Source: Macrostomum lignano
Taxonomy: Eukaryota
Direction of reading: 5' to 3'
Length of the DNA: 64,000 bases
Assembly: GCA_002269645.1 (NCBI GenBank)
Contig: NIVC01000719.1
Location: 176,020-240,019, forward strand
Shown here: positions 41,016-63,500 of the stretch, in pieces
Numbering within the stretch: position 1 is the first letter of the stretch
Layout of the letters: every line of letters starts with the position of its first letter
Program-made: the position numbers and the translations under genes
The notes under the pieces: model-generated
What the model saw: only the letters and a program-made list of their open reading frames with translations
What the model was told of the DNA's origin: nothing
Databases searched by the model: none

Positions 41016-41329
41016 GCTCAGCCCGGGGCGGGGCGCTCAAAGAATTTTAGTATATAGGACTAGCAGGTGCGACCCCCTTGGGGGTCTAACTGTCATGTAT
41101 AGATTGTATAGACGCTTCTAGCCGTGCCTTAGCTATCGGGGGTCAGGCGGGACTGAACTGCTTATTAATTATATAATTTTCCTTTAATCTTTTCAAGGAC
41201 TTCTGAGGACTACCAGCGTACTATAAGTTACCTACTGGGCCCAGTTTTAACTTGAGCATTTGCCGCTTCTACTTTTGTGCTGCTTTGGCTGACTCTCTTC
41301 TCACAATTCGATCAATCTGTGCCCATCTT

Positions 41330-41790
41330 ACTCTCTACCCTTCCCTCTCTCCGCTCTGACCTCTGCCCTCTCTCCGCTCTGCCCTCTGCCCTCTCTCCGC
41401 TCTGCCCTCTGCCCTCTCTCCGCTCTGCCCTCTGCCCTCTCTCCGCTCTGCCTCTACCCTCTCTCCCACTTTCCCCTCTCTCCCACATTTTCCTCTCTCC
41501 CCCGCTTTCCCCTCTCTCCCCCGCTTTCCCCTCTCTCCCCCGCTTTCCCCTCTCTCCCCCGCTTTCCCCTCTCTCCCCCGCTTTCCCCTCTCTCCCCCGC
41601 TTTCCCCTCTCTCCCCCGCTTTCCCCTCTCTCCCCCGCTTTCCCCTCTCTCCCCCGCTTTCCCCTCTCTCCCCCGCTTTCCCCTCTCTCCCCCGCTTTCC
41701 CCTCTCTCCCCCGCTTTCCCCTCTCTCCCCCGCTTTCCCCTCTCTCCCCCGCTTTCCCCTCTCTCCTCTTTGCTGTCTTCCCCTCCGCCC
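41330..41790. repeat. Polypyrimidine array including 19-bp CTTTCCCCTCTCTCCCCCG
   Basis: Downstream of the NHS-like stop codon. Confidence 0.93.
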
Positions 41791-42639
41791 CCCCTCTCTT
41801 CACAAAAATTTACAAAACGCAGATTGCTTTGTGGTAAAGGAGATTTTCAGCAGCGGACACAAAAAAATAAATATTCTCAATTTACACAGCGGGAAACTTG
41901 ACTATATAAGATACATATTAAACAATTTATAGCTTAACATAGCTTCTTTTTTCGGAGTGGGCAGTCCTTCTCACTTTTAGACGTTCTTGCTTCCCATTCT
42001 ATTGATACCATCGGATGTACATAAACTATTAATTCTAACTGCTTTTTTCTTTTATCTCTGACTGCATGAGTTTTATTCAATAATTTGTGTATTTCCCAAG
42101 AGAATGTTTCCAACTCTTTTTGGCTTCCTGACTCGCCGTAAGTGAAAGAATTAATGTGGAAGATGATCACGTGTTTAAAACACCTTAACTCGATGATGAC
42201 AACACATTTCTGATTGTTAATTTATGATTTAAAGTTGTCACTCTGATTTAATTCAGCGTCATTGAACGCTGTTAAAACATACACATTGACTCAAAATGCA
42301 CACTCATATATATAATATATACAACGTCATCATTGCCCAGTTTCATGTGCAAAGTTGCCAGCATATGGACAGAAAATTTCCAACCTAAGCTTGTAGCTCT
42401 TCAACTTCTACTTATTAGTAACATGTTAATGATATAAATATTATAACTACAGACTGCTGTATATTGAAAAGGTGCACACTAAGTCATTTAGATTTAAATT
42501 TATAAACAATGACATCAGCTCAAACACCAGATAACTTTGAGCGACATGGACATTTTAAAATATGAAAAACAAATATTAAACAACCTGAACATTCAATAAA
42601 CTTATTGGTTACGTAGCATCGGTACGTGCAACCCGAAAT

Positions 42640-45161
42640 AATTAGCAACCATGAACACCCTCCTAACAATTAGCAACCATAAGCACCCTCCTAACAATTA
42701 GCAACCATAAACACCCTCCTAACAATTAGCAACCATAAACACCCACCTAACAATTAGCAACCATAAACACCCTCCTAACAATTAGCAACCATAAACACCC
42801 TCCTAACAATTAGCAACCATAAACACCCACCTAACAATTAGCAACCATAAACACCCTCCTAACAATTAGCAACCATAAACACCCTCCTAACAATTAGCAA
42901 CCATAAACACCCTCCTAACAATTAGCAACCATAAACACCCTCCAAACAATTAGCAACCATAAACACCCACCTAACAATTAGCAACCATAAACACCCTCCT
43001 AACAATTAGCAACCATAAACACCCACCTAACAATTAGCAACCATAAACACCCTCCTAACAATTAGCAACCATAAACACCCTTCTACCAATTAGCAACCAT
43101 AAACACCCACCTAACAATTAGCAACCATAAACACCCTCCTAACAATTAGCAACCATGAACACCCTCCTAACAATTAGCAACCATAAACACCCACCTAACA
43201 ATTAGCAACCATAAACACCCACCTAACAATTAGCAACCATAAACACCCTCCTAACAATTAGCAACCATAAACACCCTCCTAACAATTAGCAACCATAAAC
43301 ACCCACCTAACAATTAGCAACCATAAACACCCACCTAACAATTAGCAACCATAAACACCCTTCTACCAATTAGCAGCCATAAACACCCACCTAACAATTA
43401 GCAACCATAAACACCCTCCTAACAATTAGCAACCATAAACACCCTCCTAACAATTAGCAACCATAAACACCCACCTAACAATTAGCAACCATAAACACCC
43501 ACCTAACAATTAGCAACCATAAACACCCTCCTAACAATTAGCAACCATAAACACCCTCCTAACAATTAGCAACCATAAACACCCACCTAACAATTAGCAA
43601 CCATAAACACCCACCTAACAATTAGCAACCATAAACACCCTCCTAACAATTAGCAACCATAAACACCCACCTAACAATTAGCAACCATAAACACCCTCCT
43701 AACAATTAGCAACCATAAACACCCTCCTAACAATTAGCAACCATAAACACCCACCTAACAATTAGCAACCATAAACACCCTCCTAACAATTAGCAACCAT
43801 AAACACCCTCCTAACAATTAGCAACCATAAACACCCACCTAACAATTAGCAACCATAAACACCCTCCTAACAATTAGCAACCATAAACACCCTCCTAACA
43901 ATTAGCAACCATAAACACCCACCTAACAATTAGCAACCATAAACACCCACCTAACAATTAGCAACCATAAACACCCTCCTAACAATTAGCAACCATAAAC
44001 ACCCTCCTAACAATTAGCAACCATAAACACCCACCTAACAATTAGCAACCATAAACACCCACCTAACAATTAGCAACCATAAACACCCTTCTACCAATTA
44101 GCAACCATAAACACCCACCTAACAATTAGCAACCATAAACACCCTCCTAACAATTAGCAACCATAAACACCCTCCTAACAATTAGCAACCATAAACACCC
44201 ACCTAACAATTAGCAACCATAAACACCCACCTAACAATTAGCAACCATAAACACCCTCCTAACAATTAGCAACCATAAACACCCTCCTAACAATTAGCAA
44301 CCATAAACACCCACCTAACAATTAGCAACCATAAACACCCTCCTAACAATTAGCAACCATAAACACCCACCTAACAATTAGCAACCATAAACACCCTCCT
44401 AACAATTAGCAACCATAAACACCCTCCTAACAATTAGCAACCATAAACACCCTCCAAACAATTAGCAACCATAAACACCCACCTAACAATTAGCAACCAT
44501 AAACACCCTCCTAACAATTAGCAACCATAAACACCCTCCTAACAATTAGCAACCATAAACACCCTCCTAACAATTAGCAACCATAAACACCCTCCTAACA
44601 ATTAGCAACCATAAACACCCTCCTAACAATTAGCAACCATAAACACCCTCCTAACAATTAGCAACCATAAACACCCACCTAACAATTAGCAACCATAAAC
44701 ACCCACCTAACAATTAGCAACCATAAACACCCTCCTAACAATTAGCAACCATAAACACCCTCCTAACAATTAGCAACCATAAACACCCACCTAACAATTA
44801 GCAACCATAAACACCCACCTAACAATTAGCAACCATAAACACCCTCCTAACAATTAGCAACCATAAACACCCTCCTAACAATTAGCAACCATAAACACCC
44901 ACCTAACAATTAGCAACCATAAACACCCTCCTAACAATTAGCAACCATAAACACCCTCCTAACAATTAGCAACCATAAACACCCACCTAACAATTAGCAA
45001 CCATAAACACCCTCCTAACAATTAGCAACCATAAACACCCTCCTAACAATTAGCAACCATAAACACCCACCTAACAATTAGCAACCATAAACACCCACCT
45101 AACAATTAGCAACCATAAACACCCTCCTAACAATTAGCAACCATAAACACCCTCCTAACAA

Positions 45162-45178
<17 letters not shown>
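42640..45178. repeat. 28-bp minisatellite AACAATTAGCAACCATAAACACCC(T/A)CCT (~90 copies)
   Basis: Unit offset of 28 checked; the array overlaps the TLR stop codon. Confidence 0.98.
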
Positions 45179-53235
<8,057 letters not shown>

Positions 53236-53756
53236 CAGCAAGCCTGGCCTCTGAGCGGGTTTTGGGCGGTCTGAATTATGCTTCGACTGTGTATTAATTG
53301 CATTCAGGAGGCGGGGGCTGTATGCGCTTTACAAACTACCTGTGTCTGTCTGCCTGTCTACCCTGCCCGAGGTAAATGTGCAATATTGTGTGCGCATCCG
53401 AGCATTTGTGCAGCTGTGCGCATCAGGTCTAGCTAAACAAGCTTTTTCAATGCACAGCTAGATGGACGAAATGGATGTTTGTTTAGTCATAAAAATGTAT
53501 ATAGATAGTCTATTTCGCTACTTACAGTAGCACAATTTATTCTATTTTATCTCGGAATTTTCTTACTAAACGGGTTCAATTCCTTTAGAAGAATAGTCTA
53601 TGGTAAAACCTCCTCACTTAATCGCTAGCTGGCTGGCGGTAGCTTCCCCGACTGCCAGTTCAGCAGCCTCTACGAGCTAGCACTCCGTTACCTATCAGTG
53701 ATTAGTGCATCACTTGGCCTTGGCAAACACTACGAGTTTTATTTTAATTAAGAAAT

Positions 53757-55806
53757 ATGAAAAACCTTTGCGATGAGGCTGGCAGCGCGGCAAGTTCGGC
53801 AGCCCTGTTGGAGCTGGAGTCTGCGCTGCAATGCTGCAGCTTGTCAACGAATGGGGCCTACTTGGTGACGTATTCCGAGGGTGAGAAAGTACTTGATGTA
53901 CTTTTAAGTTTATTGTAGCACATGCAATTATCAGATAAATTGTGTTTGTACATTGTACATTGTAAATGTGAGTTTAAGCTATTACTAATAATATTATTAA
54001 CAATAATAATAATAATAATAATAATAATTCCTTAAAATTGCAGTACGAGACGATTGCTCCATCATTCGTCGTCAGTTGGTCAGCGGTCAGCTGGTGCACC
54101 GCTGGCAAAGTTGCTTGCGCAGCGGCGAAGTTCTGGTACAGCTGATGCACAAGTCTGATAAGGTGAGCGTGCGGACCACTTGAGCCCAGATTTGTTTGCC
54201 TTTTTTGTCGTTTTGACCAAAGTTAACTTCCACGTGGAACCGAATCTAAACCAGATTTAACTGCTCCTCTCGCTACGAGTATGCTGGCCACAGTCAGTGT
54301 CCCTCCACTGGCACCAGATTTAATTGCTCCTCTCGCTATACTGGCCACAGTCAGTGTCCCTCCACTGGCACCAGATTTAATTGCTCCTCTCGCTATACTG
54401 GCCACAGTCAGTGTCTCTCCACTGGCACCAGATTTAATTGCTCCTCTCGCTATGCTGGCCACAGTCAGTGTCCCTCCACTGGCACCAGATTTAATTGCTC
54501 CTCTCGCTATACTGGCCACAGTCAGTGTCTCTCCACTGGCACCAGATTTAATTGCTCCTCTCGCTATGCTGGCCACAGTCAGTGTCTCTCCACTGGCACC
54601 AGATTTAATTGCTCCTCTCGCTATGCTGGCCACAGTCAGTGTCTCTCCACTGGCACCAGATTTAATTGCTCCTCTCGCTATGCTGGCCACAGTCAGTGTC
54701 TCTCCACTGGCACCAGATTTAATTGCTCCTCTCGCTATGCTGGCCACAGTCAGTGTCTCTCCACTGGCACCAGATTTAATTGCTCCTCTCGCTATACTGG
54801 TCACAGTCAGTGTCTATAATTGCACTTTCCAACCTGTCGTCGCCTATACCGCTAGATCCAGGCCTTCTTATCAGCGCACGGCTGTCCGCTACTGCCGCTG
54901 CAAGAAGGCGCCGAGAACTTGGACTGGTGCAGCCTGCGCTCCCGGTTCCTGGGGAACTGGTGCAATATTCTTAACGTAATGCGCTACATGCAGAGGAAGT
55001 GTCCCGGACTGAGCCTGCAGTGCCTCGGCGCAGGTACAGGAGAGGCTATTGTTGACGGCCTCGATGCTAAGGTGAGCCGTGATCACTTTGTAATGTAGGC
55101 AAATATTTAGAACTTGCGCAGATCTATACGACTCTTCTGTCCGTATCACGCAGAGATCGCAGAAACTAATGCTCGCATCGGTGGCCCAGTGCCTGGCGCT
55201 GCTCTACTGGGAGAAGATTCTTGCTCAGCCGCAACAGTCGGGAACAGAAGAACAAGGGTGTCGAATGCAGCAGCAGCAGCAGCAGCCAAATCACTATACT
55301 CAGTACCAACATTCGCTTGACTTTAACAATAATGCTGGCCAGGCCGCAACGCAGCGGCAGCAAGGTTCCAGTCAGCCGAAGAGGCGTCGTCAGCTGCAAC
55401 CGAAAATCGACCGATTAAAAGACGGCGCCAGAGTGACGTGCGTCTACGACACAACGACTGAGGAGTCAGCGGCGGCGGCTAAATCTGTTGTCGCTGGCGC
55501 TGCCGTAGCATCGGGCGCCAAACCTCAAACTGGCGGTTCGACAGCCTCCGCAGCTAGCGGAGCTCACGGAGACTGCAGCGTTGTCGCTAATTCGTTCGCC
55601 TGTCCAACTGTGAGCGCCAGCACGTTGAAAAGTGTCATGCAGCACTTGGACTCTATGCGGTCTATTCTGGACGTGGTAGGAGCCATCCTGACTGAGGCCG
55701 CCGGTCAGGACAAAGTGGAGCAGCAGCAGCAGCAGCAGCAGCAGACAGGAAACAGTCCTCAAGCTGGTAAAACATCGCCGTTGTTGCAGAAGCTTCAGCA
55801 GTATGC

Positions 55807-55867
<61 letters not shown>

Positions 55868-57066
55868 AAGAATAACCAAAAGGAGGAGCAGACTAGCAAA
55901 CAGCGTAGGGCATCGCGAACAGCAAAACAACAGCAAAGCCGACAAAAAAGTCCTGAACAGCAGAAGCAGCAGAAGAAACAGAAGCAGAATATGCGCAAAA
56001 GCAATAAGAAAGCAGCGCGCCGGTCTCAGTCGGAAAAAAATTGCGACGCGTCGACTCAATCGAGCTCGGAATGCAGCGAAGAGTCCACCAGTTCGGGCGA
56101 AAAAGTGTCGAAAAAGCATCGGCGACGACAGAAAAACGACTTGTCGGGTGAGTTGGTGAGCTGTGTATAGTGACAGGAAGAAACTCAGAGACAGGAAGGA
56201 ACTCAGAGACAGGAAGGAACTCAGAGACAGGAAGAAATTCAGAGACAAGAAGAAACTCAGAGACAGGAAGGAACTCAGAGACAGGAAGAAACTCAGAGAC
56301 AAGAAGAAACTCAGAGACGGGAAGGAACTCAGAGACAGGAAGGAACTCAGAGACAGTAACAGGAACTCAGAGACAGTAACAGGAACTCAGAGACAGTAAC
56401 AGGAAAGTTCGAACATTCATGCTATCTAACATCCCATTGACCTCAGTTGAACCCAAAGCTTCAAAATCGACCAAATCTCGACTGGCTGTCGAGAGCAAAC
56501 GTCTGTCATCATCGTCGCAGAATAACAAGAATCAAAGCAGGAAGAAAAACAACAAGAAGTCATCAACAAAGAATGGCAGCCAGCGAGGTCAGAAGCGACA
56601 CCGCCGGCAGGTCAGCAGCAGCAGCAGCGGCGGCAGCGACTGCGACAGCAGCGGCGAAGAAGCCGATAAAACTGACGACGATGACAAGGAGGACTCGAGC
56701 GACAGCAGCGACGAAGAGGGCGACACGGACGACGGTGGCCGGAGCCGGAGGGTCTGGCAGCAGTCGAGCCAGACGGCGCCTCAGTCGAAGAAGCGCACTC
56801 AGCAGTCGGTGCCGGACTCTGCTGTCGTAACTCCGAAAACAACATCAAACGTCGTAGCAAATGGAAACAACGACAACGACTGCGGCGGCGGCGGCGGCAC
56901 GGCATCGCGTCATCAACAGGTCCGACTTGATGTGCAAAAGAGATCCATTACGGCGGCAGCGCCCGAACCCGCGGCCGCGGCTGGAGGCGGCGGCAAAGCC
57001 GTGACAAAGACTATTCAGGAGCTGATCTTCCGCCTGCAGACCGTGCTGAGCAAGGACGCCAATTGA
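53757..57066 (+). CDS. Unassigned protein with one divergent calponin-homology-like domain and a long Q/S/K-rich low-complexity tail (~690 aa, 5 exons)
   Basis: Exons 53757-53880, 54044-54162, 54856-55071, 55154-56147, 56447-57066; phase-compatible, 2073 nt. WQSCLRSGEVLVQLMHK ... NILNVMRYMQRK ... GEAIVDGLDAKRSQKLMLASVAQCLALLY resembles the CH1 pattern LRDG..L..L / NV..AL.FL / DIVDGN.KLILGLIW. Confidence 0.68.
54255..54815. repeat. 57-bp minisatellite CACTGGCACCAGATTTAATTGCTCCTCTCGCTATGCTGGCCACAGTCAGTGTCTCTC
   Basis: About 10 copies in intron 2 of the CH-like gene. Confidence 0.96.
56170..56403. repeat. 18-bp minisatellite AGGAAGGAACTCAGAGAC
   Basis: About 13 copies in intron 4 of the CH-like gene. 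Confidence 0.95.
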
Positions 57067-57792
57067 ATCGAGTCGTCACAAGTTTCTGTTGCCCGTAGCA
57101 ACGTAATTTTATTAACTAATGCTCGTAAATTAATATTATTTGAGTCGAAAATTTTTTTTGGTAATTTTGTGTTTAAACTACTCAAAACTAAAACTGATAA
57201 ATAATAGTAAGGCTAAGAACAAAATAATATATTTATTCAAGTTTGAAGATGTACGACTGCTACCACTATAAGCTTTATGAAATTACTGTCTTTTATTTTA
57301 ACTTTTGGAGAGAATTAATTTTAAAATATAATTTAGTCCTTCAAAAAATACAAAACACCGGAACAGATGTACGTGTTCTTTCTACTGTCACTACAGATTT
57401 AAAAATTTATAACAGTATTTCCTACAAAATAAAGCTTAAAGTTAATAAACTCGATTTAAATTCGTGCGAAAATGGAACTTTAAACAAAAAAGCTAATATG
57501 TTTATAAAATAAAAATTCCAAAAGGAACTGATTGAAATTTAAATAAAACAAAGATACTTGCTGGTTATAAAAAGAAACAATTCGGGTAAGAAGTGCGTAA
57601 ATTTTCCGGATTTCTTTCGCGCGTATTCAAATAGTATAAAAAAATAAAAGGATTAAATAGAAAATTGGAAGGATGCGATCAATATCCGTCTGCCTAAAGC
57701 AGGATCTATGATAAAATAGAATAAAATTTGCTTAACAAAACAAAGCTCGAAAATCTTTTTTGTTGGAATCGTCTGTCGATTTTGTGCCTTCT

Positions 57793-58678
57793 TTAACGCC
57801 TGGCCATCGACCAGCCAATCAGGAGCAGCGGCAACGCCGCCACCATCCAGCTGAGACGGACGGTTGCCGCGCCAGACGGCATGGACGAATCCGAGTTGCA
57901 GTTGTCGGTGGCGCAAACCCGGCAGGTCATCAGCCGGTAGGTGACGGTCAGATTGCCGCAGTACGTGTGGTCCGGGGCGCAGAGCTTCCCGTACTGCGTT
58001 CGCAGTTGAGGAAGAAGGGGCCAATTAGTTTGCATGTGTCTGTGTCTTAGTATGTGTTTGAGTGTGTCTAAATGTGCCTTATATCAATCTGTCTGCCTGT
58101 CTTAGCGTGTCTATCTTTCTCTGTCTGCTGGCTGCCTGAACCAATATCAGAATTAGAATCAGATTAGATCATAATCTCTATCAGTCAGCAAGCAGGTAAG
58201 CCAGTGGACTCACCAGCGGAGAGGAACTCGAATTGGTCATGGCAGTGAACTTCACGCAATAATTGTAGCCAGGCGGGCAGCTGGTGCTCATGCCGTTGCT
58301 CATTGTAGTCGACGGGCCGTACTGGTAGCATTTCCTCGTTGAGGATTGCGCAATCACGGTGCCTAAAATAAATCAATACTTACATATCAGCTGGAGGGCT
58401 GCGGGCAACCCCGGCGCAATGCCTTCTGCGACATCGGCCCTGAGCACATGTACAAGCTCGCCAATACTGTACGCAGGCGCGCACTCATACACAGCTCACA
58501 CAGGGTGTACAGTGGCCTGATTTTCTAATTGTCGGGCATGTACACTCTCTGTGTGAAGGCACACAAACAACTCTATATACGTAATTAATATTTGACATAG
58601 CAAGAGTGCATTTTAAAATCAGAACTCACCAACCAAAGCGATGGCAACCAGGCAACAGGCGAAACTAGCGGTTCTCAT
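57793..58678 (-). CDS. GPI-anchored Ly6/uPAR (three-finger) family protein, 132 aa, 3 exons
   Basis: Exons 58678-58630, 58362-58214, 57993-57793 (399 nt). Signal peptide MRTASFACCLVAIALVG, 8 mature cysteines from KCYQY to TCRVCATDNCN, then a small-residue omega region and hydrophobic tail (WMVAALPLLLIGW). Confidence 0.85.
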
Positions 58679-59119
58679 GACTGGGGGCTAATTAATAATT
58701 TGCTTTGTTAGAATCAGCTGTTGCAGAAAATAAAATGCTGAATTAGAATTCCCTAGAGAGAGAAAAGATTCGTGAGAATTTATACCCGCATCTTGAGCTG
58801 CTCAAGTGCTTTTCTAATAAGAATGAGAGACGGAGATGATGGGACGGTTGGCACGGGCGTCAGACCGGCCTGTCAGTGAATAACTATTTGCTCAGCAGCC
58901 CGAAAGTTTATTTGAGTAGCCTCTGAGAACAGTGAGGCAGATTTATTAAAAAAAACTTAATAAATTTTCTCAAATGAAGGGTTTAATTTGCTAAGACTTG
59001 CCTTGCAATTAATTCTAGAATCCGAATCCACCCAGTTTTCGTTCGAATTCAAAGCCGCAGTTGCGGTGTGATGGGTGCAGAAGCAAGCCGCGAGAAAAAG
59101 CAGCAAGCATTGGAACTCA

Positions 59120-60140
59120 AGTTACTGCAGTTAAACTGAGCACTGGAACTCTCAGGTTACTGCAGTTAAACTGAGCACTGGAACTCTCAGGTTACTGCAG
59201 TTAAAGTGAGCACTGGAACTCTCAGGTTACTGCAGTTAAAGTGAGCACTGGAACTCTCAGGTTACTGCAGTTAAAGTGAGCACTGGAACTCTCAGGTTAC
59301 TGCAGTTAAACTGAGCACTGGAACTCAGGTTACTGCAGTTAAAGTGAGCACTGGAACTCTCAGGTTACTGCAGTTAAACTGAGCACTGGAACTCTCAGGT
59401 TACTGCAGTTAAACTGAGCACTGGAACTCTCAGGTTACTGCAGTTAAACTGAGCACTGGAACTCTCAGGTTACTGCAGTTAAACTGAGCACTGGAACTCT
59501 CAGGTTACTGCAGTTAAAGTGAGCACTGGAACTCTCAGGTTACTGCAGTTAAAGTGAGCACTGGAACTCTCAGGTTACTGCAGTTAAACTGAGCACTGGA
59601 ACTCTCAGGTTACTGCAGTTAAACTGAGCACTGGAACTCTCAGGTTACTGCAGTTAAACTGAGCACTGGAACTCAGGTTACTGCAGTTAAAGTGAGCACT
59701 GGAACTCTCAGGTTACTGCAGTTAAACTGAGCACTGGAACTCTCAGGTTACTGCAGTTAAACTGAGCACTGGAACTCTCAGGTTACTGCAGTTAAACTGA
59801 GCACTGGAACTCTCAGGTTACTGCAGTTAAAGTGAGCACTGGAACTCTCAGGTTACTGCAGTTAAAGTGAGCACTGGAACTCTCAGGTTACTGCAGTTAA
59901 ACTGAGCACTGGAACTCTCAGGTTACTGCAGTTAAACTGAGCACTGGAACTCTCAGGTTACTGCAGTTAAACTGAGCACTGGAACTCAGGTTACTGCAGT
60001 TAAAGTGAGCACTGGAACTCTCAGGTTACTGCAGTTAAACTGAGCACTGGAACTCTCAGGTTACTGCAGTTAAACTGAGCACTGGAACTCTCAGGTTACT
60101 GCAGTTAAACTGAGCACTGGAACTCAACTGGAACTCAAGT
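59120..60140. repeat. 35-bp minisatellite CTGAGCACTGGAACTCTCAGGTTACTGCAGTTAAA with 33-bp variants
   Basis: About 28 copies between the Ly6 start and the EXOC4 3' end. Confidence 0.97.
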
Positions 60141-60547
60141 TACTAAATTTCCTCCGGTACACTATCCGTAGTAGGCTCAACCAAAAATGAAAAGAAAGAC
60201 TCTAATAAAAATCAATGCCAATATAAAGTCAGTAGCACTGGCGTGAAGTATTTTTAATCAGATTTTTAGTAAAAAAACATGATTATTGATCAAAAGTGTC
60301 GAAATCAGATTCTGTTTATTTCAATAATTTCTAATATATCCAGATTGCGGAATATGCTTGCACAGAACATAATCATAAGGCATGCAGACAAAGTCGATAA
60401 CAGTAGTATGATGATGACGAGAGTATAGAAATTAAAACTAAACGAAAATTTAGCTAAGATAAAAAACAAAACCGCTTTATAATTGGTTAATTACAAGAGT
60501 TAATAATAACAATTCTAAAAGTACAACATAAGTAATGCACTATTAAT

Positions 60548-63500
60548 TCACACGTGCTTCTGGGTGATCACCTGACGCAGGCGCTCTCTGGCCCGGCGCA
60601 TTTTCTCCTCGTCGCAGGACGAATAAGTCCTGGCGTACACGCGCAGCACCGAGTCGTACTCCTCCAGGCTGAACCGCGGCCCCTGCTCAAGCACCGAGGC
60701 TACAATCTGATCTGGCGTCAACAGTAGCAGATCGAATAGTTCGCGAACTCGAGCGAATTCCGCCTCGCCCCAGCCGGCCAAGTCAACGGCTACGCGTTGC
60801 ATCTCGAACAGGTTCCGGCCGATCTTCTTCACGCCCAGCGGGTTGATGCGGCTGAACGAGGGCAGCAGCGCGGCCAGCAGGGCGCAGACAACGCCGGGCA
60901 GGAGGCGGAACACGCGACCGTAGGCGCCGGCTGTCAAGCGTTGATACAGGGCGTCTTTTAGGCAGCGCAGGTCGCTTAGAAAAGCGGTGACCCGATCGTC
61001 CAGCTCGATGTCGTCAACGCCAACTGAGAAGTTGCTCTGCGGTGGCGGCGGAACGGGCAAGTTGGGATAAATTTAACATCATCTGATTGATGATTATTTA
61101 GTGATTATGCCTCACGTGCATTTTGGTCTAATATGGACAAAACACTTGGCACCTGCGCATCTGCGCACCTGGTCCTGCACCTGGTCCTGCTCTTGCACCT
61201 GTTCCTGTTCCTGCACCTGGTCCTGCTCTTGCACCTGTTCCTGTTCCCGCACTGGTCCTGCACCTGGTCCTGCTCTTGCACCTGGTCCCGTTCCTGCACC
61301 TGGTCCTGCTCTTGCACCTGTTCCTGTTCCTGCACCTGGTCCTGCTCTTGCACCTGTTCCTGTTCCTGCACCTGGTCCTGCACCTGGTCCTGCACCTGTT
61401 CCTGGTCCTGCACCTGGTCCTGCTCTTGCACCTGTTCCTGTTCCCGCACTGGTCCTGCACCTGGTCCCGTTCCTGCACCTGGTCCTGCTCTTGCACCTGT
61501 TCCTGTTCCCGCACTGGTCCTGCACCTGGTCCTGCTCTTGCACCTGGTCCCGTTCCTGCACCTGGTCCTGCTCTTGCACCTGTTCCTGTTCCCGCACTGG
61601 TCCTGCACCTGGTCCTGCTCTTGCACCTGGTCCCGTTCCTGCACCTGGTCCTGCTCTTGCACCTGTTCCTGCACCTGTTCCTGCACCTGGTCCTGCTCTT
61701 GCACCTGTTCCTGCACCTGTTCCTGCATCTGGTCCTGCTCCTGCCAGAGCCGCCCCTGCGATCTGCTTCCATCGCAAGTGAGCACCAGTTCACATAAAAA
61801 CCTGCGGCAAGTTTGACCCATCAACGTTTATCTATTTACTATTTTTAAGTGAGCTAAAAAACAATACGTGAGCTTTTTTAATATCTTTCTTCATTATTGT
61901 TCGCTGCGATACTACTTACGTGAGTAGGTAGATCCTTCAGTCGATTGGAGGCCCTCAGACAGACTTCAATCATGATAACATTGAAGCACTTTCCCGACAG
62001 CACCTTCAGATGGTCGAGCTGTTCGGTCACTTTGCGCTCGACTGGACTGTCGCCGAATAGAGGGCCGGCGATGGTGACCAGCCAGGACTGTGGGCGAGAG
62101 AGGCAAACATAAAAAACCTTTTAGAAGCGTGGATTTTTTCTAGGAGCTTTTTATTGCGAGACTTGTGCCAAGCTCGTGTGACTTTCCAGTGACCCGTACG
62201 ACCTCTCAGTGATTCACGTGACCTCTCCAGTGACTTATGTGACATTCCGGTTTACAGTGACTCATGTAACATCTCCAGTAACCCGTGTGTCCTCCTAGTG
62301 ACCAGTGCGTCCTCCCAGTGACCCGTGCGTCCTCCCAGTGACTTGTGTTCTCCCAGTGGCTTGTGTTTTCCCAGTGACTTGTGTTCTCCCAGTGACTTGT
62401 GTTCTCCCAGTGGCTTGTGTCCTCCCAGTGACCCGTGCGTCCTCCCAGTGACTTGTGTTCTCCCAGTGGCTTGTGTTCTCCCAGTGACTTGTGTTCTCCC
62501 AGTGACTTGTGTTCTCCCAGTGACTTGTGTTCTCCCAGTGACTTGTGTTCTCCCAGTGACTTGTGTTCTCCCAGTGACTTGTGTTCTCCCAGTGACTTGT
62601 GTTCTCCCAGTGACTTGTGTCCTCCCAGTGACTTGTGTCCTCCCAGTGACTTGTGTCCTCCCAGTGACTTGTGTTCTCCCAGTGACTTGTGTTCTCCCAG
62701 TGACTTGTGTTCTCCCAGTGACTTGTGTTCTCCCAGTGACTTGTGTTCTCCCAGTGACTTGTGTTCTCCCAGTGACTTGTGTTCTCCCAGTGACTTGTGT
62801 TCTCCCAGTGACTTGTGTTCTCCCAGTGACTTGTGTTCTCCCAGTGACTTGTGTTCTCCCAGTGACTTGTGTTCTCCCAGTGACTTGTGTTCTCCCAGTG
62901 ACTTGTGTTCTCCCAGTGACTTGTGTTCTCCCAGTGACTTGTGTTCTCCCAGTGACTTGTGTTCTCCCAGTGACTTGTGTTCTCCCAGTGACTTGTGTTC
63001 TCCCAGTGACTTGTGTTCTCCCAGTGACTTGTGTTCTCCCAGTGACTTGTGTTCTCCCAGTGACTTGTGTTCTCCCAGTGACTTGTGTTCTCCCAGTGAC
63101 TTGTGTTCTCCCAGTGACTTGTGTTCTCCCAGTGACTTGTGTTCTCCCAGTGACTTGTGTTCTCCCAGTGACTTGTGTTCTCCCAGTGACTTGTGTTCTC
63201 CCAGTGACTTGTGTTCTCCCAGTGACTTGTGTTCTCCCAGTGACTTGTGTTCTCCCAGTGACTTGTGTTCTCCCAGTGACTTGTGTTCTCCCAGTGACTT
63301 GTGTTCTCCCAGTGACTTGTGTTCTCCCAGTGGCCCGTGTGTCCTCCCAGTGGCCCGTGTGTCCTCCCAGTGGCCCGTGTGTCCTCCCAGTGACTTGTGT
63401 CCTCTCAGTGGCCCGTGTGTCCTCCCAGTGGCCCGTGTGTCCTCCCAGTGGCCCGTGTGTCCTCCCAGTGACTTGTGTCCTCTCAGTGGCCCGTGTGTCC

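Noticed and set aside
41934-42170. 78-aa minus-strand ORF as an independent gene
   Set aside because: No recognisable domain, AT-rich, and lies in the likely 3' UTR zone between convergent genes; kept only as a weak candidate TLR extension.
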